Source of the DNA: an uncultured Solirubrobacteraceae bacterium
Lineage (GTDB): Bacteria > Actinomycetota > Thermoleophilia > Solirubrobacterales > Solirubrobacteraceae
Length of the DNA stretch: 55,908 nucleotides
Reading direction: 5' to 3'
Assembly: GCA_964588985.1 (NCBI GenBank)
Contig: CAZPQW010000023.1
Span: forward strand, 1-55,908
Within the stretch, counting starts at the first letter, position 1; each line of letters opens with the position of its first letter. Below, one piece after another: positions 42,525-51,958 of this stretch. The notes below the pieces were generated by a model, which had not been told where the DNA came from, did not search any database, and saw nothing but the letters and a program-made list of their open reading frames with translations. Both the position numbers and the translations under genes were made by a program.

Positions 42525-45065
42525 ATGCGGTTGCGAGCGCAAGCCAAGCGCCGGATGACAGGTCGGGGGCTGGTCGCGGCGCTGGTCGCAATCGTGGCTC
42601 TGCCATGCGTCGGCGCTCGCGCGGAATGCCATGCCAACAGCGCCTTCGGTGGGGTGCGCTCGTTTCTTCCGGATTGCCGCGAGTACGAGCTCGTTACGCC
42701 TCCCTACAAAGACGGCTCGCCGCCCGAAGAGCTACCCAGCGGCCTGTCGATGATCTCGAGCGACGGCAACCACGTGCTCGCATCCGACACGGGAGGCTTC
42801 GTCGGGACGGAAAACGACGAATTGAACGGCAGGCAGAAGGGCGCGATCTACGAAATGACGCGTATCGCGGGCGGGTGGACAGCCGAAGCCATCTCGCCGT
42901 CCGCCGAAACCGCGGCTCACAGCGACTTCATCGCCGAGAGCTCCGATTTCGCCCGCTCGCTGTGGGAGATCGGCGCACAGAGCGAACCGGGCGAAGAAGT
43001 CACGTCGACGAACGTGCCTTTCAGCCTGGCCCTGCGCGAAAAGCGCTCGGGCGCAGCCGCTGCGATGGTCGAAGTTGGCCCAGAGGACCTGCCGGGGGCT
43101 CCCGCTCACAGCTTCGTCTTCGAAGGGGCGTCCAGCGATCTGGGCACGATCGTGTTCACGACCGTCGGTAAAAAAACGCACTGGCCGGGCGATCTGACCC
43201 GAGCGAGCGGCAATTCGCTGTACGCGTACACAGGCACGCACAACCGTGAACCGGTTCTCGTGGGTGTGAAGAACGAAGGGCCGCTGGTCGGCGCGGCGGA
43301 GCGCAACGAACACGCCGAACTGGTCAGCGAATGCGGCACGGTGCTCGGGGCGGGATTCGCGGGACATGGAAACACGCGCAACGCGATCTCGGCCGATGGC
43401 TCGACGATCTACTTCACCGCGCTGCGTGGGAGCTGCGAAGCGCCGGCGGTCAACGAACTGTATGCACGCATCGACGGCGACAGCACGGTGGCGATCTCCG
43501 AGCCGGCGATGGAGGGGTCACGTTTGGAAGAATGCACGGAAATCTGCCGTGAAGACGAGCTCTCGTTGGAAGGGCACGGTCCCAGCCCGGCCACCTTCCG
43601 AGGAGCCTCGAGGGACGGCAGGAAGGTGTTCTTCACGACCGAACAGCCGCTGCTGAATGTCGACCGAGACACGAGCAACGACATCTACGAGGCGGAACTG
43701 GAAGGCGGCGCGCTCACACGTCTGACCATGGTTTCACGTGGTCTCGCGAACGGCGGGCCCGCAGTGGAAGATCCGGCTCCCGGCGAAAACGCGGACGTGT
43801 ATGCGGTCGTCCGCGTCTCGGACAACGGGGCGCATGTGTACTTCATCGCGCGCGGCGTCCTGACGCAAGCGCCGAACGGCGTGAAAGAAATGGCGCAGGC
43901 CGGCGCATACAACCTGTACGACTACGACAGCACGACCGGCACGACGAGGCTCGTGGCCGTGCTGCTCTCGGCGGGAGAACTGCAGAGCATCGAAGAAGCG
44001 GTCACCACGAGAATCGAAACACCGGCGTTGGTACTGCAGGCGCGTTGCGAAGCATTCGTGGAACTCAAAGGCTCGCCTGAAGAAGTCGAAGAATGCGAAG
44101 CCGAACTGGCTCTCTTGCGAGAAGCGATCCCAGCCGAAATCGCTGCGGCGCTCGAAGCCGAAGTGAATGCGACTCTGGAGCTCGGGCCGAAAGAAAAGGT
44201 GTTCTCCACGTCGGCCGGCGGCCGATACCTGATCTTCGAGAGCCTCAGGCACCTCACCGGAGCGGAGGACACGAGCACCGTGGGTCAGCTGTTCGAGTAC
44301 GACGCGGCGACTGGAGAACTTGCGAGAGCGTCGATCGGACAGAGCGGCTACAACAACAACGGCAACACGGAAAACGCCGAATACGTGCCACGGATCGTCG
44401 TTCCCGAAGACGCCTCCGGTGGAGAACCCACATCGGCGTCCGCCTCGCTGTCGGTCTCCGAAGTGGGCGGCGTGTTCTTCACGAGCCGCGACCGGCTCAC
44501 GCCGAGCGCGATCGAAGGGCATGAAAACGTATACGAGTACGAGCCGCCCGCGACGGGAAGCTGCGGAGCGGAAGTCCTCGGCGGGTGCATCGAGCTGATC
44601 TCGCCTGGCGACGAAGCGTCGCCCGCCGAAGTGCGCAACAAACCGAGGCTGCTGGGAGCGGACATCTCTGGCAATGACGTCTTCTTCGTGTCGGCGAACA
44701 GCCTCCTCACGCGGGACACCGACACCCAGCTCGACTGGTATGACGCGCGGGTGGAAGGCGGCTTCGAAGAAGTCGCCGCAGCCGAAGGCTGCAGCGAAGT
44801 CGCCTGCCAGGGCCCAGCGCCCCTTGCGCCTGTCCTCCCGTCACTCGGCGGGAGCGCGACGCTAGGTGGCGAACCCCCGGCTGGCGCTCCCGGACCGCTC
44901 CCGAAGGCGCCGAAGTCGAAGGCGTCTGCGCTGAAGCTCGCTAAGGCTCTGAAGGCGTGTCGCAGGGGTCCTCGCAGGCAGCGCCGCACCTGCGAAGCCC
45001 GCGCGCGGAGACGATTTGCCAAGAAGGCCGTCGTCGGCAAGAGCGCACGCAGGGGGACGCGATGA
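42525..45065 (+). CDS. Large secreted beta-propeller-like protein with basic Cys-containing C-terminal tail
   Basis: Hydrophobic N-terminal segment; repeated (I/A/V)SxDGxxVxF...(D/N)(L/I/V)YE blades; tail KLAKALKACRR...CEARARRRF. Confidence 0.8.
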   Translation: MRLRAQAKRRMTGRGLVAALVAIVALPCVGARAECHANSAFGGVRSFLPDCREYELVTPPYKDGSPPEELPSGLSMISSDGNHVLASDTGGFVGTENDELNGRQKGAIYEMTRIAGGWTAEAISPSAETAAHSDFIAESSDFARSLWEIGAQSEPGEEVTSTNVPFSLALREKRSGAAAAMVEVGPEDLPGAPAHSFVFEGASSDLGTIVFTTVGKKTHWPGDLTRASGNSLYAYTGTHNREPVLVGVKNEGPLVGAAERNEHAELVSECGTVLGAGFAGHGNTRNAISADGSTIYFTALRGSCEAPAVNELYARIDGDSTVAISEPAMEGSRLEECTEICREDELSLEGHGPSPATFRGASRDGRKVFFTTEQPLLNVDRDTSNDIYEAELEGGALTRLTMVSRGLANGGPAVEDPAPGENADVYAVVRVSDNGAHVYFIARGVLTQAPNGVKEMAQAGAYNLYDYDSTTGTTRLVAVLLSAGELQSIEEAVTTRIETPALVLQARCEAFVELKGSPEEVEECEAELALLREAIPAEIAAALEAEVNATLELGPKEKVFSTSAGGRYLIFESLRHLTGAEDTSTVGQLFEYDAATGELARASIGQSGYNNNGNTENAEYVPRIVVPEDASGGEPTSASASLSVSEVGGVFFTSRDRLTPSAIEGHENVYEYEPPATGSCGAEVLGGCIELISPGDEASPAEVRNKPRLLGADISGNDVFFVSANSLLTRDTDTQLDWYDARVEGGFEEVAAAEGCSEVACQGPAPLAPVLPSLGGSATLGGEPPAGAPGPLPKAPKSKASALKLAKALKACRRGPRRQRRTCEARARRRFAKKAVVGKSARRGTR

Positions 45066-48000
45066 GCGGGAAGTGTCGCCGAACGGCCTCGAGGTGGGCG
45101 ACGGTTCTGACCGCGGCGCTCTCGCTCGGGCTGCTGTCACTCGGTGCTGGCGTGGCACCTGCGGGAGCGGTGGGGGTCGCCCCCGGGTGGGCGATCAGCT
45201 CGTTGCCTCAGCCGAGCAACTTCTCCAACGCCGAAAACGCGCTATGCGAACAGGCGAGCGAAATCTGCGACGCCTACGTCGTGACCGTCACGAACGTGGG
45301 GGAAGCTCCGTCGGATGGCACGCCGATCGTGATCACCGACAAGCTGCCGCCGGGCCTCGTGGTCAACAACGCGGTGGCGGAAGACATGGAAACCAGCGAA
45401 CTCCTGGAATGTGTGCTGGAACCGGTTCATCCGCCTGAAGAAGAAGGCGAAGAACTGCCGCCGCCCCCTCCGTACACCGAAGTCACCTGCAGGGACACCG
45501 GTGTTCTGCGGCCTGGTGACGTGATCTACCTCAAAGTCAACGCTCTCGTCGCCACCAACGCGACCATCCCGCTCGTCACGAATGTCGTGAAAGTCACAGG
45601 CGGCGGCGCCGCGAGCGCGACGGCCTTGGATCCGTCCGCGTCGGCGTCGTCGAACAGCGTGAACTCCGAAACTCCGGCATTCGGGCCGCAGATCTTCAGC
45701 GCACGCGCGTTCGGCTCGGATGGGTCACCCGACACACAGGCCGGCGACCATCCGGGCATACTCATCACAACGCTCGACTACAACACGTTCAACTTCGCGT
45801 TCACGCACCCCGGATCGTCCACCGCGGAGGACTCGATCCAGGCTCCCAAGACGATCATCGTCAACCTCCCCGTGGGGCTGGTCGGCAATCCGCTTGCGGC
45901 GGCGCAGTGCCCAGAGGCCGACCTCCGCGAAAGCGGCCCCGGCTGCCCGGCCGACAGCCAGGTTGGGACGGTCATAGCGGACGAGCACGGCCTCCTGACC
46001 GACAGCGAGAGCACCCTGGGAGGCACCTCAAGCAGCATCTACAACATGGTGCCGCAGGACGGAAATCCGATGGAGTTCGCGTTCAACGTGGCCAATGAGG
46101 GCGAGATCGCGATGTACCCCCGGTTCATCCCGACCCCGTCGGGCTATGCCCTCAGCATCCCCGTCCCGGCCCAGCCGCGGTCGGGGCTGACGCCTGTCGG
46201 CACCACGCTGATGTTCTTCGGCGATCCGGCGCTGCGCGATGCGGAACTGCACCAGCGTGCGGCAGAACGTGAAACGGGCCACCCTGTCGCACTGGAAGCG
46301 ATCGCGCCCGCGGCGATGTTCACCAACCCGACCGACTGCAGCGCCGAACCGGCGGTTGCGAGAGTTGAAATGAACTCCTGGGTCCAGCCGCACAACTGGG
46401 TTACGCAGACCTCGCCGCTATACGAAGCCAACCCCCTGCAGCAGCTGACCGAGTGCAGCGGCCTCCAGTTCGACCCGCAGATCGAAGTCAAGCCCGAAGC
46501 AACTCAGACCGACACCCCATCCGGGTACACGGTCGACATCAAGGTGCCGCAGACCCCGAACTTCGCCCCGGATCTCGCCAGCTCGGACCTGAAGGACGCA
46601 GAACTGCGCCTACCCGCCGGGGTGGCCATCTCTCCGGCCGCGGGAACTGGGCTCGTGGGCTGTCCTGCGACCGGTCCCGAAGGGATCAACATCACGCACG
46701 GCTGGACGCCCACAGGCGCGCAGCCGCTCGATCCAGCGGATCCGGAGGCCATGGAAATAGGCGCGGACGGCCTGCCGCGCATCGCCCCGGGCCACTGTCC
46801 GTCGGCTTCACAGGTCGGCACGGTCGAAATCACGACCCCACTGCTCGCCCAGCCGCTGGCCGGTGACGTGTACATCGCAGAACCGGACTGTGGGCGGCCC
46901 GCGTGCACCCTCGAAGACGCCGAAAAGGGGCGCCTGTTCGGGCTGTACGCGGAAGCCAAGGGCTCGGGCTTGATCATCAAGCTCGAAGGTCGGATCACGG
47001 TCGACGGAGCGGGGAACATGACGGTGAGCTTCAACGAAGCACCTCAGCTTCCGTTCACCGATCTGCAGATGAAGCTCAAGGGTGGCGACAGAGGGCTGTT
47101 GGCGAACCCGCAGGGCTGCGCCGTCGCCCAGACCACGAGCACGATGACGCCGTGGGGTGCTCCGGAAGCCAAGATCGCCGAACCCACCTCGTCGTTCTCG
47201 CCGACAGGCTGTCCGGCCTCCGAGCCCTTCGCCCCGGGGTTCCTGGCGCAGACGTCGATACCGAGCGCTGGGGGCACGAGCCCGCTCACGGTCCTCCTCA
47301 CGAGACACGATGGCGAACAGGGCCTCTACGGATTCGAGTTGAAGACCCCGCCCGGAGTGCTCGGGATGCTCTCGCAGGTGACGCCGTGCTCCGAGCCGCA
47401 GGCCTCGCTCGGCACCTGCCCTCCCGAAAGCCAGATCGGTCACGTGGTGGTGGCTGTCGGCGCCGGTACGCAACCGGTGTGGGAGTCCGGAGCGGTCTAC
47501 CTGACCGTGGGTTACGAAGGAGCGCCCTTCGGGCTTTCGATCGTCACGCCCGCGAACGTCGGACCGTTCCACCTCGGGAACGTGATCACGAGGGCGGCGA
47601 TCCACATCGATCCGCACACCGCGGCGCTCACGGTCGATGCGAAGCTGCCATCGGCCGTCGACGGCGTTCAGCTACGCCTCCAGGCGATCGACATGACGAT
47701 CGACAGGCCCGGGTTCATGCTCAACCCGACGAACTGCGGTCCGCAGCAGGTGACGGCGACCGTCACGGGCGCCCTTCCGGACGAGAGCCAGGGGGCAGCT
47801 GTCGCAGCATCGACTCCATTCGCGGTGGCCGGCTGCAAGAGCCTGCCGTTCACGCCGAAGATGACCGCGGTCGCGCACGCGAAGACGAGCAAAGCGAGCG
47901 GCGCCTACCTGCAGGTGAACATCGCGGCCACGCCCGGACAGGACGACCTCGCCAAGATCAAGGTGGTGCTGCCCAAGCAGCTGCCGTCGCGACTGACGAC

Positions 48001-48493
48001 GCTGCAGAAAGCGTGTGTCGCGGCCGTCTTCGAAGCCAATCCCGCGAGTTGCCCGCCCGGATCCGTGGTGGGGTCGGGCACCGTAGTGACGCCGCTGCTG
48101 AAGAGCCCGCTCACCGGCCCCGCCTACCTGGTCTCTCACGGCGGCGCGGCATTCCCCGACCTCGAGATCGTGCTCCAGGGCGAAGGCGTGACGGTGATAT
48201 TCGATGGAAGCACCCAGATCGCGAAAGGCACGACCTCGGATGCGTTCAAAGCGCTACCAGACGCGCCCTTCAGCAGCTTCAAGCTGACCCTGCCGGATGG
48301 ACCCAACGGGCTGCTCGGCGCGAACGCGAGCCTCTGCGGCGTGAAGCTCTCGATGCCGACCGCGCTCGTCGCTCAGAACGGCGCGACAATCAAGCAGAGC
48401 ACGAAGATCGCGGTCTCGGGCTGTCCGAAGCACAGAGCCAAGACCAGTGCGCACATGGGCCACGGGGGGAGACGCGCGACCAAGAAGCACTGA
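45062..48493 (+). CDS. Very large secreted multi-domain beta-rich protein (DUF11-like N-terminal domain)
   Basis: Signal peptide; YVVTVTNVG...ITDKLPPGL; repeated LPxG..C...CPxxSQ(V/I)G and NPTxC modules; ATGA overlap with upstream gene. Confidence 0.85.
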   Translation: MSGKCRRTASRWATVLTAALSLGLLSLGAGVAPAGAVGVAPGWAISSLPQPSNFSNAENALCEQASEICDAYVVTVTNVGEAPSDGTPIVITDKLPPGLVVNNAVAEDMETSELLECVLEPVHPPEEEGEELPPPPPYTEVTCRDTGVLRPGDVIYLKVNALVATNATIPLVTNVVKVTGGGAASATALDPSASASSNSVNSETPAFGPQIFSARAFGSDGSPDTQAGDHPGILITTLDYNTFNFAFTHPGSSTAEDSIQAPKTIIVNLPVGLVGNPLAAAQCPEADLRESGPGCPADSQVGTVIADEHGLLTDSESTLGGTSSSIYNMVPQDGNPMEFAFNVANEGEIAMYPRFIPTPSGYALSIPVPAQPRSGLTPVGTTLMFFGDPALRDAELHQRAAERETGHPVALEAIAPAAMFTNPTDCSAEPAVARVEMNSWVQPHNWVTQTSPLYEANPLQQLTECSGLQFDPQIEVKPEATQTDTPSGYTVDIKVPQTPNFAPDLASSDLKDAELRLPAGVAISPAAGTGLVGCPATGPEGINITHGWTPTGAQPLDPADPEAMEIGADGLPRIAPGHCPSASQVGTVEITTPLLAQPLAGDVYIAEPDCGRPACTLEDAEKGRLFGLYAEAKGSGLIIKLEGRITVDGAGNMTVSFNEAPQLPFTDLQMKLKGGDRGLLANPQGCAVAQTTSTMTPWGAPEAKIAEPTSSFSPTGCPASEPFAPGFLAQTSIPSAGGTSPLTVLLTRHDGEQGLYGFELKTPPGVLGMLSQVTPCSEPQASLGTCPPESQIGHVVVAVGAGTQPVWESGAVYLTVGYEGAPFGLSIVTPANVGPFHLGNVITRAAIHIDPHTAALTVDAKLPSAVDGVQLRLQAIDMTIDRPGFMLNPTNCGPQQVTATVTGALPDESQGAAVAASTPFAVAGCKSLPFTPKMTAVAHAKTSKASGAYLQVNIAATPGQDDLAKIKVVLPKQLPSRLTTLQKACVAAVFEANPASCPPGSVVGSGTVVTPLLKSPLTGPAYLVSHGGAAFPDLEIVLQGEGVTVIFDGSTQIAKGTTSDAFKALPDAPFSSFKLTLPDGPNGLLGANASLCGVKLSMPTALVAQNGATIKQSTKIAVSGCPKHRAKTSAHMGHGGRRATKKH

Positions 48494-48526
48494 GCGCGCC
48501 GCCCGGTTCGGGTCTTCGGACAGGGC

Positions 48527-49918
48527 TCAGTCCAGGCGCTCTGTCGCGAGCCTTCCGGCCTCCTCCGCGCCCACGAATGGGGCGAGCGCGAAGTAGGTCG
48601 CGCGCGGCACCAGCTCCGAGAGAGCCTCGGCGCGGTTCTGCAGCGTGTAGCTCAGGCAGAGCTCGAAGATGCCGCCGATGATCGCCTCGACGGCGACGGA
48701 CGGGGGACCGCTCCTGCCGCGGCCGCGTTCGAAGCCGGGCAGGAGCATCTGCGCGTATGCGCTCACGCCCCTGCTGGCCCGTTCGGCCGTGCGGTCGGTC
48801 GCGATGCGCGCGTCCACGAGCGAGAGATGCGCGAACGCGGGCTCGGAGGCGAGGAAGTCGAATAACGCCGCGATCGCGGCGCGAATCGCCGCGCGCCAAT
48901 CAGGCGCGGAGTCGTACGCGTGCTCCACGATCGTGAGGCCCTTCGCGTGACCCACCTCGTAGGCGACCAGGAACGCGTCCTCCTTGCCCGCGTAGTGCTC
49001 GTAGAAGGCGTCCAGCGAAACGGCGGCCTGTTCGGCGATGTCCTTGACGGTCACCGCGGTGTAGCCCTTGCTCGCGCTGAGGTTCGCGACGGCGTCGAGG
49101 ATCCGCTCGCGCTGGCTGTGCACCACGAAGCTGTGCGAGCCGATGTGCTCGCCGCGCAGGCCGCGGCGTTTCGTCGAGGACGGCGTCGGCGGCGAGAGGC
49201 TCCCCGGCGCGCGGCCGCCGACGAGACCGGCGAACGGGCGCTTCGGCTGGGGGTCGCGCAGCGTCAACATCGCTTCAGGCGCCGGGTAGTAGGACGTGAA
49301 CCAATCCACCAGATCGGGCACGAGCTTCTTCAATCGCCGCTCACGACCGATGCTCACCCATGAGTGCAGCACGTGGGTCACGCCTCCCACGAGCGCTCGA
49401 AGGATCGGGTTCGGGATCGTGCCGGAGCCGCGCTCGAGTTTGATGCCTTCGCGCAGCAGCTGTTCGTAGGCGCTCATGAGGAGCTCTCGCCGCTCGGCGC
49501 CGGCGCTGCCGGCCGCGCCGATCTCGACGAGCACGATGCGCACCTCCAGTGGGTTCTGGATCGCTCTCGTGAACAGCGCTTCGATCCCCGACGCGATCGC
49601 CTCTTTGCGCGAGCCGGCGGAGCGGTAGGCGCTCGCCACTCGCTGCACGCCTTCGGCGATGATCGTGTCGTAGGTCTCCAGGAAGCACTCCTCGCGATTG
49701 GCGAAATGTTCGTAGAACGCCTTGCGCGAGACGCCCGCTATCGCGATCACGTCCGCCACCGTCGTCTTCGCGTAGCCCTGTTCGCCGACCGCGGTGGTCA
49801 TCGCCGCGATGAGTCGTTGGCGTTGATTGCTGAGCACCTCTTCGCGCGAGAGCGAGTGCGGCCCACGGGGCAGCTCGCGGTCCGAAGGGACACGAGGACG
49901 TTCCGGCGGCGGTACCAC
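48527..49918 (-). CDS. Tandem (double) TetR/AcrR-family regulator
   Basis: Two HTH units: QRQRLIAAM..GYAKTTVADVIAIAGVSRKAFYEHF and QRERILDAV..GYTAVTVKDIAEQAAVSLDAFYEHY. Confidence 0.9.
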   Translation of the reverse strand: MVPPPERPRVPSDRELPRGPHSLSREEVLSNQRQRLIAAMTTAVGEQGYAKTTVADVIAIAGVSRKAFYEHFANREECFLETYDTIIAEGVQRVASAYRSAGSRKEAIASGIEALFTRAIQNPLEVRIVLVEIGAAGSAGAERRELLMSAYEQLLREGIKLERGSGTIPNPILRALVGGVTHVLHSWVSIGRERRLKKLVPDLVDWFTSYYPAPEAMLTLRDPQPKRPFAGLVGGRAPGSLSPPTPSSTKRRGLRGEHIGSHSFVVHSQRERILDAVANLSASKGYTAVTVKDIAEQAAVSLDAFYEHYAGKEDAFLVAYEVGHAKGLTIVEHAYDSAPDWRAAIRAAIAALFDFLASEPAFAHLSLVDARIATDRTAERASRGVSAYAQMLLPGFERGRGRSGPPSVAVEAIIGGIFELCLSYTLQNRAEALSELVPRATYFALAPFVGAEEAGRLATERLD

Positions 49919-49965
49919 AATGTGGAATTATGGCGCTCCGGGCGTCGCGACGTAGACTGACGCGC

Positions 49966-51357
49966 ATGTCGCGCTTCCACGAGCCTCAACACCCCGATTT
50001 CTACCGCCTCAACGCGTCCATCGATATCGATCGGCGTCTCTGGCCGCAGGATATTGCGCAGTCGCGGGCGCACGCGAACATGCTCGCCGCGCAGGGGATC
50101 GTCGAGGAGGCCGACCGCGACGCGCTGCTCGCGGGTCTCGACGCGGTCGAACGCGAGCTGGCCGAGGAGCGCTTTCCGTTCAGCGCGCAGGACGAAGACA
50201 TCCACATGGCGATCGAGCGGCGGCTGACCGAGATCGTGGGCCCGGTCGGCGGTAGGCTGCACACCGCGCGCTCGCGCAACGACCAGGTGGTGACCGACCT
50301 TGCGATGTATACGCGCGAGCGTGCCGCGGTCGCGCAGGACGCGCTCACGAAGGTCATGGCGGTGCTGCTGGAGCGGGCCGAGGAGCACCTCGACTGGCCG
50401 ATGCCCGGCTACACCCACCTGCAGCGAGCCCAGCCCGTCTACCTGAGCCATCACCTGCTCGCGTACTTCTGGATGCTCGCCCGCGACCGCTCGCGCTTTG
50501 CGTTCGCGCAGCGCGAGTCCGGGAGGCTGCCGCTCGGCTCGGGCGCGCTCGCGGGGGTCAACTTCGACACCGACCGCGCGATGCTCGCGCGCGAGCTCGG
50601 ATTCGACGAGGTGGCGCCGAACTCGATCGATGCGGTCTCCGGGCGGGACTTCGTCCTGGACTACCTCGGCGCGGCCGCGACCTGTTCCACCCACCTCTCT
50701 CGGCTGGGCGCCGAGCTGGTGCTGTGGTCGAGCGCGGAGTTCGGGTTCTGCGAGCTGCCCGACGCGTGGAGCTCAGGCTCTTCGATCATGCCGCAGAAGA
50801 AGAACCCCGACGCGGCCGAGCTGCTGCGCGCGAAGGCGCCTCGCGTGGTGGGCCACCTGGCGGCCTTCCACGGCGTGATGCACGCCCTGCCGCTCACGTA
50901 CAACAAGGATCTGCAGGAGGACAAGGAGCACCTGTTCGACGCGGTCGACACGCTCGAGCTGACGCTCGCCGCGGCGAGCGGGATGATCGCCGGGGCGAGC
51001 TTCGACCGTCAGCGTCTGGCGGATGCGGCGTCCGACGAGATGATCGCGGCGACGGACGTGGCGGACCTGCTCGTGCGGCTGGGGATGCCGTTCCGCGAGG
51101 CTCACGGCGTCGTTGCTGGCCTGGTGCGCACCGCAGTGGACGGCGGGAAGCAGCTGTCGGAGCTGACGGTCGCCGAGCTCGGCGAGCACAGCGAGACGCT
51201 CGCGGCGCACGACACGGAGTATCGAGCCGTGCTCGAACAGAGTTCGTGGCTCGAGTCGAAGCTCTCCGAGGGCGGGACGGCGCTCGCGCGCGTGCGCGAG
51301 CAGCTGGCTTTGGCACGATCCTTGCTCGCATCGGGGGATGCAGGCGCTGCGGGCTGA
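49966..51357 (+). CDS. argH: Argininosuccinate lyase
   Basis: DEDIHMAIE, LHTARSRNDQV, MPGYTHLQRAQP, GSSIMPQKKNPD, YNKDLQEDKE. Confidence 0.97.
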   Translation: MSRFHEPQHPDFYRLNASIDIDRRLWPQDIAQSRAHANMLAAQGIVEEADRDALLAGLDAVERELAEERFPFSAQDEDIHMAIERRLTEIVGPVGGRLHTARSRNDQVVTDLAMYTRERAAVAQDALTKVMAVLLERAEEHLDWPMPGYTHLQRAQPVYLSHHLLAYFWMLARDRSRFAFAQRESGRLPLGSGALAGVNFDTDRAMLARELGFDEVAPNSIDAVSGRDFVLDYLGAAATCSTHLSRLGAELVLWSSAEFGFCELPDAWSSGSSIMPQKKNPDAAELLRAKAPRVVGHLAAFHGVMHALPLTYNKDLQEDKEHLFDAVDTLELTLAAASGMIAGASFDRQRLADAASDEMIAATDVADLLVRLGMPFREAHGVVAGLVRTAVDGGKQLSELTVAELGEHSETLAAHDTEYRAVLEQSSWLESKLSEGGTALARVREQLALARSLLASGDAGAAG

Positions 51358-51958
51358 CTTCTACGACCGCCCCGTGCTCGAGGTCGCACGCGAGCTGATC
51401 GGCTGCACGGTCGAGCATCGCGGCGTAGCGGGCGTGATCGTCGAGACCGAGGCCTACCACGAGAGCGAGCCCGCGTGTCACGCGTTCGTGGGGCTCACGC
51501 CTCGCACGAGCACCCTGTTCGGCGAGCCGGGGCGCGCATACGTGTACCTCTCCTACGGCATCCACTCGCTCTTCAACGCCGTGTGCGAGCCCGAAGGAGT
51601 CGGCGCGGCGGTGTTGATCCGCGCGCTCGCGCCGACCGTGGGCATAGAGACGATGCGCTCGCGCCGTGGGCAGGTGCGCGACCGCGACCTCTGCTCCGGC
51701 CCGGGCAAGCTCACCCAGGCGCTGGGCATCTCGCTCGCCGAGAACGGCGTGGACCTGAGCGACGGCGAGATCCGAATCCGACCACGGGAAGAGGGGTGGC
51801 TCGAGCCGGATGTGGTCGAGGGAACCCGCATCGGGATCACCCGTGCGGTCGACCTGCGCTGGCGCTTCTGCGCGGCCGGCGACCCGAACGTGTCGCGACC
51901 CCGCACGACGCAGGGAGCAGCCGTGCTCAGCGGCTCAGCAGCTAGCCCCCGGGACTGA
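51338..51958 (+). CDS. mpg: 3-methyladenine DNA glycosylase (AAG/MPG family)
   Basis: IVETEAY, AYVYLSYGIH, AVLIRA, GPGKLTQAL, RIGIT. Confidence 0.92.
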   Translation: MQALRADFYDRPVLEVARELIGCTVEHRGVAGVIVETEAYHESEPACHAFVGLTPRTSTLFGEPGRAYVYLSYGIHSLFNAVCEPEGVGAAVLIRALAPTVGIETMRSRRGQVRDRDLCSGPGKLTQALGISLAENGVDLSDGEIRIRPREEGWLEPDVVEGTRIGITRAVDLRWRFCAAGDPNVSRPRTTQGAAVLSGSAASPRD

